From Thermoplasmata archaeon (GTDB taxonomy: Archaea > Thermoplasmatota > Thermoplasmata > GCA-020350865): DNA of 64,000 nt. The stretch covers positions 2,181,186 to 2,245,185 of the forward strand of contig CP070751.1 of the NCBI GenBank assembly GCA_020348445.1. Reading direction: 5' to 3'. Position 1 is the first letter of the stretch. Every line of letters starts with the position of its first letter. The notes beneath the pieces are model-generated. The model was given only the letters and a program-made list of their open reading frames with translations, searched no databases and was not told the DNA's origin. Positions 17,818-27,668 of this stretch are shown here, piece by piece. Position numbers and translations under genes: made by a program.

Positions 17818-20800
17818 CTATAAGATCACATCTACCTCTCTTTCTAAAAGTTTCAGTTGACTGCCTTCTAATATGGAGGGGTTGACAGGGATAATCAAAA
17901 TCGAGTTTGCCACAGCCACTTGATCTCTCATGGACTGTATCAATCTAAGCACGGTAATGAAATTGTTGTTCGTAATAAGATATTCGATGCCAGAAAGCAG
18001 TATAACACCATTTTCGTCCCTCGAAAGGAACTGCTCCATGGAAAGGCTCAGTTTTTCCAGATTTTTAGGACGGATGGTATCCTTCTTTCCTATGTTGGAG
18101 AGCCAGTATACCTTAGTCTCGCCGAAGTTGAATTCGTCTTTCAATTTCTTGGGAAAGTCCCTTGTGAAACAGATCGCGCTATGGCCTTTTTCCACTGCCT
18201 GTTCGATAAGTTTGTAATGCTCATCAGTGGTTTCGCTTTTTATAAGATGTGTCCCTCCCCATTTCAGCTTCTCAATGTCCATGGCTTCCTCTTCTTCCTC
18301 TTCGGCTTCAACTGGTTCCTCTGCAACAGCTTCCTCGGATATAGGCTCCTCATAAACTGGCTCTTCAGGTAATACCTCTTCTGGCAATTCTTCCAGAAGA
18401 GGTGCTCCACATCTACTACACACTATTGCATTCTCTGGAAGCTGGGCCCCGCACAGAGGACAGAACTGCGGTTGCCCTTCCATCACCTTCTCTTCAACAG
18501 GGACCTCCTCCCTCTCCTCTGAGGCATATTTCTTGCAGCTGTAGCAGTACCACCGCTTATACTCCTCGATATAATTCAATACATTACCGCAAAATTCACA
18601 TAAGTTCACTGGCAGTTCTTTGGCCTTCTTCCTCGCCTCCATTTCTGCTATTGCCCTCTCAGTGACAATACTGATAGTGAAGCTCTCACCTTCAGCATTC
18701 CATTCGACGATGTAACCTTCTGAAAGCTCATCGGTAACAAAATCGAGATTCTGGGATCTGGTTTCCCTGGTAATGTAATCCTTCTTCCCCTCTAAAATAT
18801 CATAGAGTTCGTCGCTGATTTTAATCTTCGTATGTATTTCCTCTTCCACATGCAAATTCATTTCCTTTCGCATCTCCTGAATCCGCCTGATCATCTCTTT
18901 TGCGAAGCCTTCAGATCTAATCTCGTCTGTAATCTCCGTATCAAGGAATATAAAACCATCTGAGAACTCCTCCTGAAGAACACCCTTGGGCAAGGTCTCC
19001 ATGAAGGAGACCATGTTGGGCATGATTCTCACCTGCTGTCCCTCTATGCCAAGGCTGTACTCACCTTTTTCAATACCTTCTTTGATTCTCCTTGCGGATT
19101 GGTACTGAAGGAGGGCAGCAATTTTACTGGCCCATTGTCTGAAAACAGGACCAATGACCTCCATGTTGGGTTTTACCTCAAGCTCCATACCGCCCCATTG
19201 TTCCCCCATCCTGACGATCTCCAAAGCCTTGGCATTGGTTTGACGCAAGATTACGCTCTCCAAGGCCTCCACCGCATCTTCCACCTCGGGAGAGCCGGCC
19301 TTGACCACCACCAGCTTCACAGGCCATCTCAACTTTATTTTGGCCTTCTGTCTGGCACTTGCTACCCGTTCCACGATCTCCCGAGCTATATCCATCTGTC
19401 TGTTCAATTCTGAATCAACAAGAGCTTTGTCGTACTTTACAACAGGTGACATAAAAATCGTGGGCAGCTTCCCATCCAGATTCTGATAAGCCTCTTCTGC
19501 AAAATGGGGGGTGAGGGGCGCCATCAGGTTGAAGACGGTCATTAGCACCTCGTGCAGGACCTTGTATACGGCCAGTTTATCTGGCTCTTCGCTTTCCACC
19601 CATGTTCTATCCCGAACTAGTCTGACATACCATCTCGATAGATCTTCTAAAATGAATTCTTCCAGTTTACGACACGCGACGTGCACATCATAATTATTCA
19701 TGGCTGCAATCACATCTTTTTTAAGGCTTTCAGCCTTTGAAAGCAACCACTTATCTTCAATCCTCATGTACTTTCTAATGGACCGAAACGATGCTTTATC
19801 TGGCTCAAATTTATCTATGGACATGTAAGTTGTGCTGAATACATATACATTCCATAGTATGTTCAATGTCCTTTTAGCGTTTTTCACACCCTCCTCCGAA
19901 AACGAAAGATCGTCCCAAGGGGCAGATGTTTTGAGTAGATAGAACCGCAGCGAATCCACACCGTAATCCTTGATAATATCGAAAGGCTCGACTATGTTCC
20001 CAGAGCTTTTTGACATCCTTTTTCCCGCATCGTCCAATGCCCACCCATGCATAAGTACCGACTTATAGGGAATTTCGTCAAAGGCTATCACTCCAGCACC
20101 AAGTTGCGAATAGAACCAACCCCGGGTTTGATCATGGGCTTCGGTTATCCATTTACACGGCCACCACTTCTGAAATTCTTTTTTATCACCGGGGAATCCA
20201 AGCTGTGCCCATGCACATACGGCGGAATCGAACCAAACGTCCATTACATCTGGCACCCTTTTCATGGTGTTGTTACAATCGGGGCATGGAAATGTAATGG
20301 CATCTATCCATGGTCTATGAAGGTCCAGATCGCCTTTATAATTATCTCCTTCCGAAAGATCGTCAATAGAACCTATCACACGGATATTACCGCATTCGCA
20401 TTTCCATATTGGCAAAGGAGTGCCCCAGTATCTCTGCCTTGATATGCACCAATCCCTTGCATTGGATACCCAATCGTGCATTCTCGAAGAACCTGCCCAA
20501 TCAGGATACCAGGGGATATCCGCGATTTCCTCCAGCATATCATCCTTTATTTCTGTCACCTTTAAGAACCATTGATCTGTGGCGCGATAAATGATGGGGA
20601 TTTTGCAGCGCCAGCAGTGCCCGTACCTGTGGGTTACTTCATCATCGAAGAGCATCAAGCCCTTTCTCTTAAGTTCTGCAATAATGTAATCATTACCCTT
20701 TTTAATATCGATACCTGCGTATCTACCCGTCTCCTCGGAAAACCTCCCGTCCTCGGTCACGGGGCAGAAGGGTGGGATATCGAACTCCTTTCCAATTTCG

Positions 20801-21816
20801 AAATCCTCGGGGCCATGCCCGGGTGCGATATGAACGACACCAGTGTATTCTTCTGTAACAGTATCAGAAAGCAGCACTTTATGTATCCACTCACCTTCTA
20901 AGTTCTGATGATATTTCATCTCACGAAGGAAGGGGTGCATGTATTCGAGTTCCGCTAGTTGGCTTCCACCTAAAAGATCCAGAACTTCGAAGTCTCTACA
21001 GCCGATTAAGGCCATAACGTCCTCCACCCTTTCCTCAAATAAGTACATGATTTCCTCCTTTCCTTTCATATTGAGCTTTACCTTCGCATAGATGAACTCT
21101 GGATTAACAGCTATAGCCAAATTTGCCAGTAAGGTCCATGGTGTGGTAGTCCAAATGAGGATGGACTCATTATCCTTACCTTTTAGAGGGAATCTAACAT
21201 AAATGGACGGGTCCGTTTCATCCCAGTACTCAACCTCAGCCTCGGCAAGGGCGGTCTGACATCTCGGGCACCAGGTTAAAACTCTCTCGGATTGTATCAA
21301 GAGCCCTTTATCATGTGCCTTGCTTAGGGTCCACCATTCCGATTCGATGTAATTGTTCTTTATTGTGAGATAGGGATTTTCCCAGTCCAACCAAATCCCG
21401 AGTTTTTTAAATTGATCCACCATCTTCACTTTAAAATCTTGTGCAAATTCCCGGCATTTGTCAACGAAAGTATCAATGCCCATCTCCTCAATTTGGCGTT
21501 TATCCTTTATTCCCATGGATTTTTCAACAAGAACCTCGATGGGAAGACCGTGCATATCGAAGCCTGCCTGGTCCCTGACATTGTATTTCTGCATCCTGCG
21601 GTATCTGAGTACGACATCCTTCAATATCTTGTTCCAGGCGGTTCCGAGATGGATATAGCCAGTGGTATACGGTGGGCCGTCGATGAAGTAATATTCCTTC
21701 CCGGTTTTGCATTGCTCCTTTGTCTTCTCGTACGCCTTGCTCTTAATCCACAGTTCCTGGATGTACTTCTCCATTTCATTTGGTTGATACTTTTTCTCAG
21801 CCTGATGAATCATCAC
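17818..21816 (-). CDS. ileS: Isoleucyl-tRNA synthetase with C-terminal extension (zinc ribbons, acidic linker, DUF835-like domain)
   Basis: DGPPY, HLGT (HIGH), WCISRQRYWG, RMSKS. The core ends near 18660 and about 280 extra residues follow. Confidence 0.95.
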   Translation of the reverse strand: MMIHQAEKKYQPNEMEKYIQELWIKSKAYEKTKEQCKTGKEYYFIDGPPYTTGYIHLGTAWNKILKDVVLRYRRMQKYNVRDQAGFDMHGLPIEVLVEKSMGIKDKRQIEEMGIDTFVDKCREFAQDFKVKMVDQFKKLGIWLDWENPYLTIKNNYIESEWWTLSKAHDKGLLIQSERVLTWCPRCQTALAEAEVEYWDETDPSIYVRFPLKGKDNESILIWTTTPWTLLANLAIAVNPEFIYAKVKLNMKGKEEIMYLFEERVEDVMALIGCRDFEVLDLLGGSQLAELEYMHPFLREMKYHQNLEGEWIHKVLLSDTVTEEYTGVVHIAPGHGPEDFEIGKEFDIPPFCPVTEDGRFSEETGRYAGIDIKKGNDYIIAELKRKGLMLFDDEVTHRYGHCWRCKIPIIYRATDQWFLKVTEIKDDMLEEIADIPWYPDWAGSSRMHDWVSNARDWCISRQRYWGTPLPIWKCECGNIRVIGSIDDLSEGDNYKGDLDLHRPWIDAITFPCPDCNNTMKRVPDVMDVWFDSAVCAWAQLGFPGDKKEFQKWWPCKWITEAHDQTRGWFYSQLGAGVIAFDEIPYKSVLMHGWALDDAGKRMSKSSGNIVEPFDIIKDYGVDSLRFYLLKTSAPWDDLSFSEEGVKNAKRTLNILWNVYVFSTTYMSIDKFEPDKASFRSIRKYMRIEDKWLLSKAESLKKDVIAAMNNYDVHVACRKLEEFILEDLSRWYVRLVRDRTWVESEEPDKLAVYKVLHEVLMTVFNLMAPLTPHFAEEAYQNLDGKLPTIFMSPVVKYDKALVDSELNRQMDIAREIVERVASARQKAKIKLRWPVKLVVVKAGSPEVEDAVEALESVILRQTNAKALEIVRMGEQWGGMELEVKPNMEVIGPVFRQWASKIAALLQYQSARRIKEGIEKGEYSLGIEGQQVRIMPNMVSFMETLPKGVLQEEFSDGFIFLDTEITDEIRSEGFAKEMIRRIQEMRKEMNLHVEEEIHTKIKISDELYDILEGKKDYITRETRSQNLDFVTDELSEGYIVEWNAEGESFTISIVTERAIAEMEARKKAKELPVNLCEFCGNVLNYIEEYKRWYCYSCKKYASEEREEVPVEEKVMEGQPQFCPLCGAQLPENAIVCSRCGAPLLEELPEEVLPEEPVYEEPISEEAVAEEPVEAEEEEEEAMDIEKLKWGGTHLIKSETTDEHYKLIEQAVEKGHSAICFTRDFPKKLKDEFNFGETKVYWLSNIGKKDTIRPKNLEKLSLSMEQFLSRDENGVILLSGIEYLITNNNFITVLRLIQSMRDQVAVANSILIIPVNPSILEGSQLKLLEREVDVIL

Positions 21817-21984
21817 TTTCCCCCAATGTTTTTGTTGTATTTATTACTTATTAAGATATTCTCATGCAGTTTTTTTTCACTCCCAATAAAACCTCAGATA
21901 ACTTTAAAATATTTAAAACCATTTGAAGATATAACCTAAGGCTAAGCATTTATTATGGTTCACTCATATATAGGGGGGATATAT

Positions 21985-23280
21985 ATGGGCACGACAGCTA
22001 TTGTGGGAACGCAGTGGGGTGACGAAGGTAAAGGCAAGATCACGGATGTATATGCAGAGGATGCGGACATAATTGCTCGGTTCCAGGGGGGAAACAACGC
22101 GGGGCATACGATAGTTGTTAAAGATGAGGTCTATAAATTCCATCTTTTGCCTTCCGGAATAATAAGACCTGAGAAAACAGTTGTAATAGGCAATGGCGTT
22201 GTAATCGATCCAGAGGTATTGTTAAAGGAATTGGGTGATATCGAGGCAAGGGGCTTTAAGGTGAACAACCTTCTAATAAGCGATAGGGCACATGTTATCA
22301 TGTCTTACCATAAATTACTTGATGGATTGCAGGAGCAATCATTGGGTGAAGCAAAGAAAATTGGAACCACGAAAAGGGGTATCGGACCTACATACGGTGA
22401 TAAGATTGGACGATACGGTATTCGAATCCACGATTTGATAGATGAAAAGGACCTTTCAGAGAGACTGGACGCCCTTGTACCCCTGAGACAGAGGATGATA
22501 TTTGCCTACGACGGCGAATCTAAGATATCGAAAGAAGAACTATTGGATAAATATACTGAATATGGCAGAAAACTGTCAAAATATGTGACAGATACATCCG
22601 TTTTTTTGAACAAGGCAATAGACGAAGGGAAAAACGTGCTTTTTGAAGGTGCCCAGGGTGCAATGCTGGATGTGGATTTCGGCACTTACCCATATACGAC
22701 TTCCTCCCATACTGTTTCCGGTGGTGTGTGTATAGGTCTAGGTATTGGCCCAAAAAAAGTCCATCGGGTGATAGGGGTTGTCAAAGCCTACACAACAAGG
22801 GTCGGGGGCGGTCCCTTGCCTACAGAGCTTACAGATGAGATTGGGGAGCACTTGTTAAATAAAGGTGGGGAGTATGGCACCACCACAGGAAGGCCTAGAA
22901 GGTGCGGGTGGTTGGATCTGGTTGTTGTTAGACATGCGGTTCGATTGAACTCATTGGATGCAGTGGTGATAACGAAAATAGATGTTTTGAATGGATTAAA
23001 GAATATCAAGGTGTGCAGGGCCTACGAATTGGACGGTAAGGAAACAGTGAATTTTCCATCCAACCTGAAGGTCTTGGCACGTTGTAAGCCTGTTTACGAT
23101 GAGCTTGCCTCTTGGGACGATTTCTCAAAGGAGGAAGGCCTTAAAATGGCAGAGGAAGGTTATGATGCTCTTCCAAATGAGATGAAGGTCTACTTAAAAT
23201 ATATCGAGAAGAACCTTGGGGTGCCCATTGAAATGGTTTCCCTTGGGCCGGGAAGGGGGGAGACTGTGGATCTACGATAA
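21985..23280 (+). CDS. purA: Adenylosuccinate synthetase
   Basis: GTQWGDEGKGK, GGNNAGHT, EGAQG, GTTTGRPRRCGWLD. Confidence 0.97.
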   Translation: MGTTAIVGTQWGDEGKGKITDVYAEDADIIARFQGGNNAGHTIVVKDEVYKFHLLPSGIIRPEKTVVIGNGVVIDPEVLLKELGDIEARGFKVNNLLISDRAHVIMSYHKLLDGLQEQSLGEAKKIGTTKRGIGPTYGDKIGRYGIRIHDLIDEKDLSERLDALVPLRQRMIFAYDGESKISKEELLDKYTEYGRKLSKYVTDTSVFLNKAIDEGKNVLFEGAQGAMLDVDFGTYPYTTSSHTVSGGVCIGLGIGPKKVHRVIGVVKAYTTRVGGGPLPTELTDEIGEHLLNKGGEYGTTTGRPRRCGWLDLVVVRHAVRLNSLDAVVITKIDVLNGLKNIKVCRAYELDGKETVNFPSNLKVLARCKPVYDELASWDDFSKEEGLKMAEEGYDALPNEMKVYLKYIEKNLGVPIEMVSLGPGRGETVDLR

Positions 23281-23284
23281 TTAT

Positions 23285-24211
23285 CTAAGTTTTTGCTATG
23301 GCCTTTATTTCTTTGATCATACTGCATGATTTGCATATTTTACTGAGTGTTGGCTCTCCACAATCTTTGCATTTTAAAAGTTTTGCAGGCGGGAATGATT
23401 TAAGAAGAGCATCGGAAATGGAATCATAACTTTGAAGTAGGGCGTGTCGTGTTCCTGGGGTATCCTTTTCCAGGTTGTTTATGATATCCCGAAACCTTCC
23501 CCGTTGTGCTCTTTCGGAATAAGGGCATTCGCCATGGTAGAATTCGATTCTGTTGAGCATGGCATAAAGGTAGCTCTCCTTTTCTGGAATAAGCCTCAGG
23601 GGTTGGATTCTGGGAACGAGACCCTCCTGCACCCTTTCATGTGGCCCCAGTCTTGCGAGCTTGGCTATATCTCCTCTCATGATGTTCATGAGTATGGATT
23701 GGGCTGTATCGTCCAGATTAAGGCCAGTGGCAAGCCTTGTAGCATTAAGTTCCTTTGCCTTCATATTCAGGCATTTTCTTCTGAATACACCGCAGTAAGA
23801 GCAAGGGGTTGTTTTAATTGGAAGTTTCGAGATATCGTCCATTGTGATGTCCACTGCATCCTTGAAGCTGACGATATGCAGAGGGATATCCATAAGTTCA
23901 CAGTTTTTCTTGGCAAATTCCATGCTCTCGGGCCTGTAATCTGATATTCCCTCATTTACGCAAATTGCGTGTATCTCGGTGTCCTTTCTTTCTTCCAGAA
24001 TATTATTCAGGATATGCATGGCCACGACGCTGTCCTTTCCACCTGATAGAGCAACTGCGAAGACTTCATCCCTCTCTAATTTGAACTGCTTCCTCAACTC
24101 CTTCTTCACCCTTTTTTCCACGAATTCGGTGAGGTGGAGCTTACAAAGGTGCGCGCCGCTGTATCTGATGAAAGTCACGGCATTCTTGCCGCATTTGTCG
24201 CATGCCTTCAT
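23285..24211 (-). CDS. tRNA 2-thiolation protein, TtuA/Ncs6/Ctu1 family (TIGR00269-like)
   Basis: N-terminal CxxC, PP-loop LSGGKDS, CSYCGVFRR, NLDD, CPY and C-terminal CxxC...CxxC. Confidence 0.9.
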   Translation of the reverse strand: MKACDKCGKNAVTFIRYSGAHLCKLHLTEFVEKRVKKELRKQFKLERDEVFAVALSGGKDSVVAMHILNNILEERKDTEIHAICVNEGISDYRPESMEFAKKNCELMDIPLHIVSFKDAVDITMDDISKLPIKTTPCSYCGVFRRKCLNMKAKELNATRLATGLNLDDTAQSILMNIMRGDIAKLARLGPHERVQEGLVPRIQPLRLIPEKESYLYAMLNRIEFYHGECPYSERAQRGRFRDIINNLEKDTPGTRHALLQSYDSISDALLKSFPPAKLLKCKDCGEPTLSKICKSCSMIKEIKAIAKT

Positions 24212-24384
24212 TAGAAGATGTGAAAGGTTTGGCGTTATTTAGAGGTTGGGATTGATAAATTATTTCATCACGCTATTTGAATACTTTTTTAAGTTCCCCT
24301 TTTTGGGCATTATCGCTTTTATTTACAGTTAATAGTACTCCATCACCAAAAGCTATATAACCCCCAAGAATAATCTATGAGTAT

Positions 24385-24711
24385 ATGGAAAATGAATCCA
24401 GCCAGGAACAGGAAGAAACAGACCAAGAAACTCCTGTAAAAACCGTTGATTCTGCAAAAGAGCCCAAGAAAGCAAGCACCGCCATACCTTTGATGATCAC
24501 GCTCATCGGGATATTCTGCTACTTGGGAGTGATTATACCCTCGGTCTTTGGATCCTCCAACAGATTATTTGATTATTCCATTTTTGATATACTTCTTATG
24601 GTGGGAGGAGCTGCTTTAGTGGGTTTGGGTGCATACTTCTGGTTCAGTGTTAAAGCTGAGATGCTCGAAGTTATGGAAGAAGAGGACAAGAAGTCCCTAG
24701 AGGCGGCCTGA
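24385..24711 (+). CDS. Hypothetical membrane protein (2 TM helices)
   Basis: Acidic N-terminus and two hydrophobic helices; TATA-like sequence upstream. Confidence 0.65.
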   Translation: MENESSQEQEETDQETPVKTVDSAKEPKKASTAIPLMITLIGIFCYLGVIIPSVFGSSNRLFDYSIFDILLMVGGAALVGLGAYFWFSVKAEMLEVMEEEDKKSLEAA

Positions 24712-25824
24712 GTGGGATACCTTTTTTAAAAGACCTTTAATTTCCATCAGCTGACAAATTATACAGTGATTAATAGTGGGGGAGTCAATATCTCCAAATT
24801 TCCCACTCTTTATCATATGACATTTATGTCCAGTCTCCCAGGGACAGTTCAATTCCCCAGGTTCTAATACAGGCTTTGCCACTATTTCTTCTGCCTCCTC
24901 CAATAATGATTCCCCAAAATGTATGGCATCTTCTATTTGCCGATAAAAATCAGGGGAAATCTCATCTTCAGCTACAACAACGGAAGTGAGGGGTTCAGAA
25001 TCAGGCTCAGAAGCTGATTCTAGAATGGATGCAGAATCTATCTCAGATACCACCTTTTCCTTTGGCAATTTCGACTTCTGTTTTTTGGCTTCGACCATCA
25101 TTGGCTCTGAGACCGGCGTTCCCGATTCCATTTCGCCAGATATCCTCTTCTCCTTCACCCTTTTTTCCAATTTAGTGGCCTTGTCCACCTCTATTCTGCC
25201 TTCTCTATCATCTTTAAGTATAGCTTCATCGGATTTGATTTGGATTACCTCTCCCTCTTCTGTGAGGGTGCTTTCCAACTCCCCAGATACAGTTTTTATT
25301 TTGATGCCTTTTTCCTGCTCAGCATCATCATCTTCTATTACTTCCTCCAGTGCTGGGACACCGATACTTCCCGTGTTATTAACTTCAGATGATGATATCC
25401 GTTCTGCTTTTATATGTTCATCAATGCCCTCGATGATCTCATTTGAAAGGTTACCAACCTCAGCCACATGAATTTTTTCCTCCAGTAACTTGGAATAATC
25501 CACCTTCTGGGTGAAGATGCTCTTTTTTGCGTGCTTTGCCTTGTTGAGGACTTCCAATGCCTTGATGTCCTTATGCCATACATCCTCATCAAAGGTTTTT
25601 ACGAGTTCCACCCCTTTGGGGGTGATGGTCACCGTAAAATTACTGGGTCCCACCCATTCGATGGAGATGTAACCTTCCCTTTCAAGTGCCAATACTTCCT
25701 TTTCCAAATCACTATATCTAATACCCCTTATATTGTGGAAAAAGACCTCTCTGTCTGCTCCGGTATAGCCCCTTTTGGCTACGATTATGAGAATCTTGTT
25801 TCCCATTTCGGAAGTCATCGGCAC
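24697..25824 (-). CDS. Hypothetical protein: N-terminal winged-helix-like region, long acidic linker, C-terminal Cys/His cluster
   Basis: LEREGYI..W.....VTITPKG resembles a wHTH wing. E/D/S-rich middle. CPW...KCH...HCIIC near the end. Confidence 0.7.
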   Translation of the reverse strand: MPMTSEMGNKILIIVAKRGYTGADREVFFHNIRGIRYSDLEKEVLALEREGYISIEWVGPSNFTVTITPKGVELVKTFDEDVWHKDIKALEVLNKAKHAKKSIFTQKVDYSKLLEEKIHVAEVGNLSNEIIEGIDEHIKAERISSSEVNNTGSIGVPALEEVIEDDDAEQEKGIKIKTVSGELESTLTEEGEVIQIKSDEAILKDDREGRIEVDKATKLEKRVKEKRISGEMESGTPVSEPMMVEAKKQKSKLPKEKVVSEIDSASILESASEPDSEPLTSVVVAEDEISPDFYRQIEDAIHFGESLLEEAEEIVAKPVLEPGELNCPWETGHKCHMIKSGKFGDIDSPTINHCIICQLMEIKGLLKKVSHSGRL

Positions 25825-25910
25825 CTCCCCTCATATCAATAATGTACTTTCGTATATTAGGATTTTTGCATTATAAAATCAATAAGCATAAGGAAAAAAA
25901 TCGTAAGAAA

Positions 25911-26675
25911 TTATAACTTTTTCACTTCTTTTACAATATTTGGTAGTATATCCTCAACCTTACCTTTTATAATCCAATCCGAAATAAGACCTGTTAAAAA
26001 GGTCTCTTCTAAATTGATCTCAAGCACTTTCGCACCATTCTCACCTGCCATAACAGGCATATGGGACATGGGTGAAACAACAGAAGAGGTCCCAACAACT
26101 AGCATCAATTCACATTCCCTGGCAAGGGCATAGGAGCCAAAAAGAACTTCCTGGGACAGCTGCTCTCCGAAAAGCACAACATCGGGTCTTAGGGCAAATC
26201 CGCATTCACATCTTGGAGGTATCTCTATTTGGTATCGCTCTATGGGATAGGTCTTGTTGCATTTCATACAAATTAAGGTGCGATTGCTACCGTGCAGCTC
26301 CCAAACGTTCTTGCTGCCTGCGGCCTGATGCAGGGAGTCAACGTTTCCTGTGATGATGCCAGAAAGAAGTCCCATTTCCTCCAGCTCAAAAAGGGCAATA
26401 TGCGCGGGATTTGGCTTCGCAGGTAATATGGTATCTATCATCTCTTTCAGCATTATCCATACCTTTTTGGGATCTTCCAAAAATGCAGCGACATGAGCAT
26501 ACTCGTCAGGGTTGTACTTCTCCCAAAGTCCCCCCTTTCCTCTGAAAGGTGGAATCCCGCTTGCTACAGAGATTCCCGCTCCTGTGAGGGCAATGGTGTT
26601 TTCTGACACGATGATCGCTTTTGCAGTCCTCTTTATTAATTCATCTTGGTTATTCAAGTGAGTTTCTGTGTTCAT
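25911..26675 (-). CDS. cobB: NAD-dependent protein deacylase (Sir2 family)
   Basis: TGAGISVASGIPPFRG, NVDSLH, ELHGS, CMKC...CECG, RPDVVLFGE, GTS. Confidence 0.93.
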   Translation of the reverse strand: MNTETHLNNQDELIKRTAKAIIVSENTIALTGAGISVASGIPPFRGKGGLWEKYNPDEYAHVAAFLEDPKKVWIMLKEMIDTILPAKPNPAHIALFELEEMGLLSGIITGNVDSLHQAAGSKNVWELHGSNRTLICMKCNKTYPIERYQIEIPPRCECGFALRPDVVLFGEQLSQEVLFGSYALARECELMLVVGTSSVVSPMSHMPVMAGENGAKVLEINLEETFLTGLISDWIIKGKVEDILPNIVKEVKKL

Positions 26676-26787
26676 TATAAATCCTCTTTTGTCGTCTTAA
26701 TATAGTGATGGGGCCCCCTAGATCATAAACCCTACAAGTATTGTCTGTGCATCCTACTCAAGGTCATCTATTAAGAGTGCGAATTCC

Positions 26788-27663
26788 TCAGCTCGTCTTA
26801 GAAAAATCACTGATAAGATCGATTACGATCTCTCCTATGCGGCCCATGTTCTCGTATGTTTGGGCACCGAGATGTGGTATCAGAAGCACATTTTCAGCGC
26901 CCAGAAGTGGGGAGCCCTCTGGCGGCTCGGCATGATAGACATCAATTCCCGCGTATCTTACCTTCCCTGATTTCAGAGCCTCTGCCAGATCCCCATCAAC
27001 AATGAGTTTTCCCCGTGCTGTGTTTATTAACACGACACCATCCTTCATCTTTGCTATTGTATCCTTGTTGATAATTCCCTTTGTCTCATCTGTAATGGGA
27101 GTGTGAAGTGAGATAATATCTGATTGTGAAAGAAGCTCATTTAAGCTTACGATTTTTGCGTAATCAGATGGTTTGTCTGATTTTCTGTATGCGATCACGT
27201 TCATACCAAATGCCTGAGCCCTTTTTGCCACCTCGGTCCCAATCAACCCTATTCCTATAAGACCCAATGTCTTTTTGTAAAGCTCCTGCCCTTTTAACTG
27301 CTTTTTTATCCACTCGCCATTTTTGGTGGTATTGTGGGCCCTTACAATGTTTCTCTGAATTGCAAGCATCATTGCAAAGGCAAGCTCTGCAACTGCAATG
27401 GAAGATGCCTCGGGTGTGTTGTGAACCCTGATGCCCTTTGATTTGGCATATTCCACATCGATGTTGTCTATTCCCACACCACCTCTTATTATCATCTTAA
27501 GGTTCTTTGCCTCATCAATATATTCCTTTCTGGCCTTGGTTGCGCTTCTCACCAGAATGATATCTGCGTCCGTATACTCTTCTTTATTATCAGTGACTTC
27601 ACCAAACTTCTTCAACTTATCTGGAAGATCCTTTGAAAATGGATCCGATATTAATATCTTCAT
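26788..27663 (-). CDS. serA: D-2-hydroxyacid dehydrogenase / short D-3-phosphoglycerate dehydrogenase without ACT domain
   Basis: VRSATK, RGGVGIDNID, GIGLIG, INTARG, PHLGAQT. Directly downstream of serC. ATG at 27663. Confidence 0.8.
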   Translation of the reverse strand: MKILISDPFSKDLPDKLKKFGEVTDNKEEYTDADIILVRSATKARKEYIDEAKNLKMIIRGGVGIDNIDVEYAKSKGIRVHNTPEASSIAVAELAFAMMLAIQRNIVRAHNTTKNGEWIKKQLKGQELYKKTLGLIGIGLIGTEVAKRAQAFGMNVIAYRKSDKPSDYAKIVSLNELLSQSDIISLHTPITDETKGIINKDTIAKMKDGVVLINTARGKLIVDGDLAEALKSGKVRYAGIDVYHAEPPEGSPLLGAENVLLIPHLGAQTYENMGRIGEIVIDLISDFSKTS

Positions 27664-27668
27664 ATTTT

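Noticed and set aside
8272-24711. Short 3'-end overlaps of convergent genes (8272-8278, 15095-15102, 24697-24711)
   Set aside because: Common in compact archaeal genomes and not evidence of a special mechanism.
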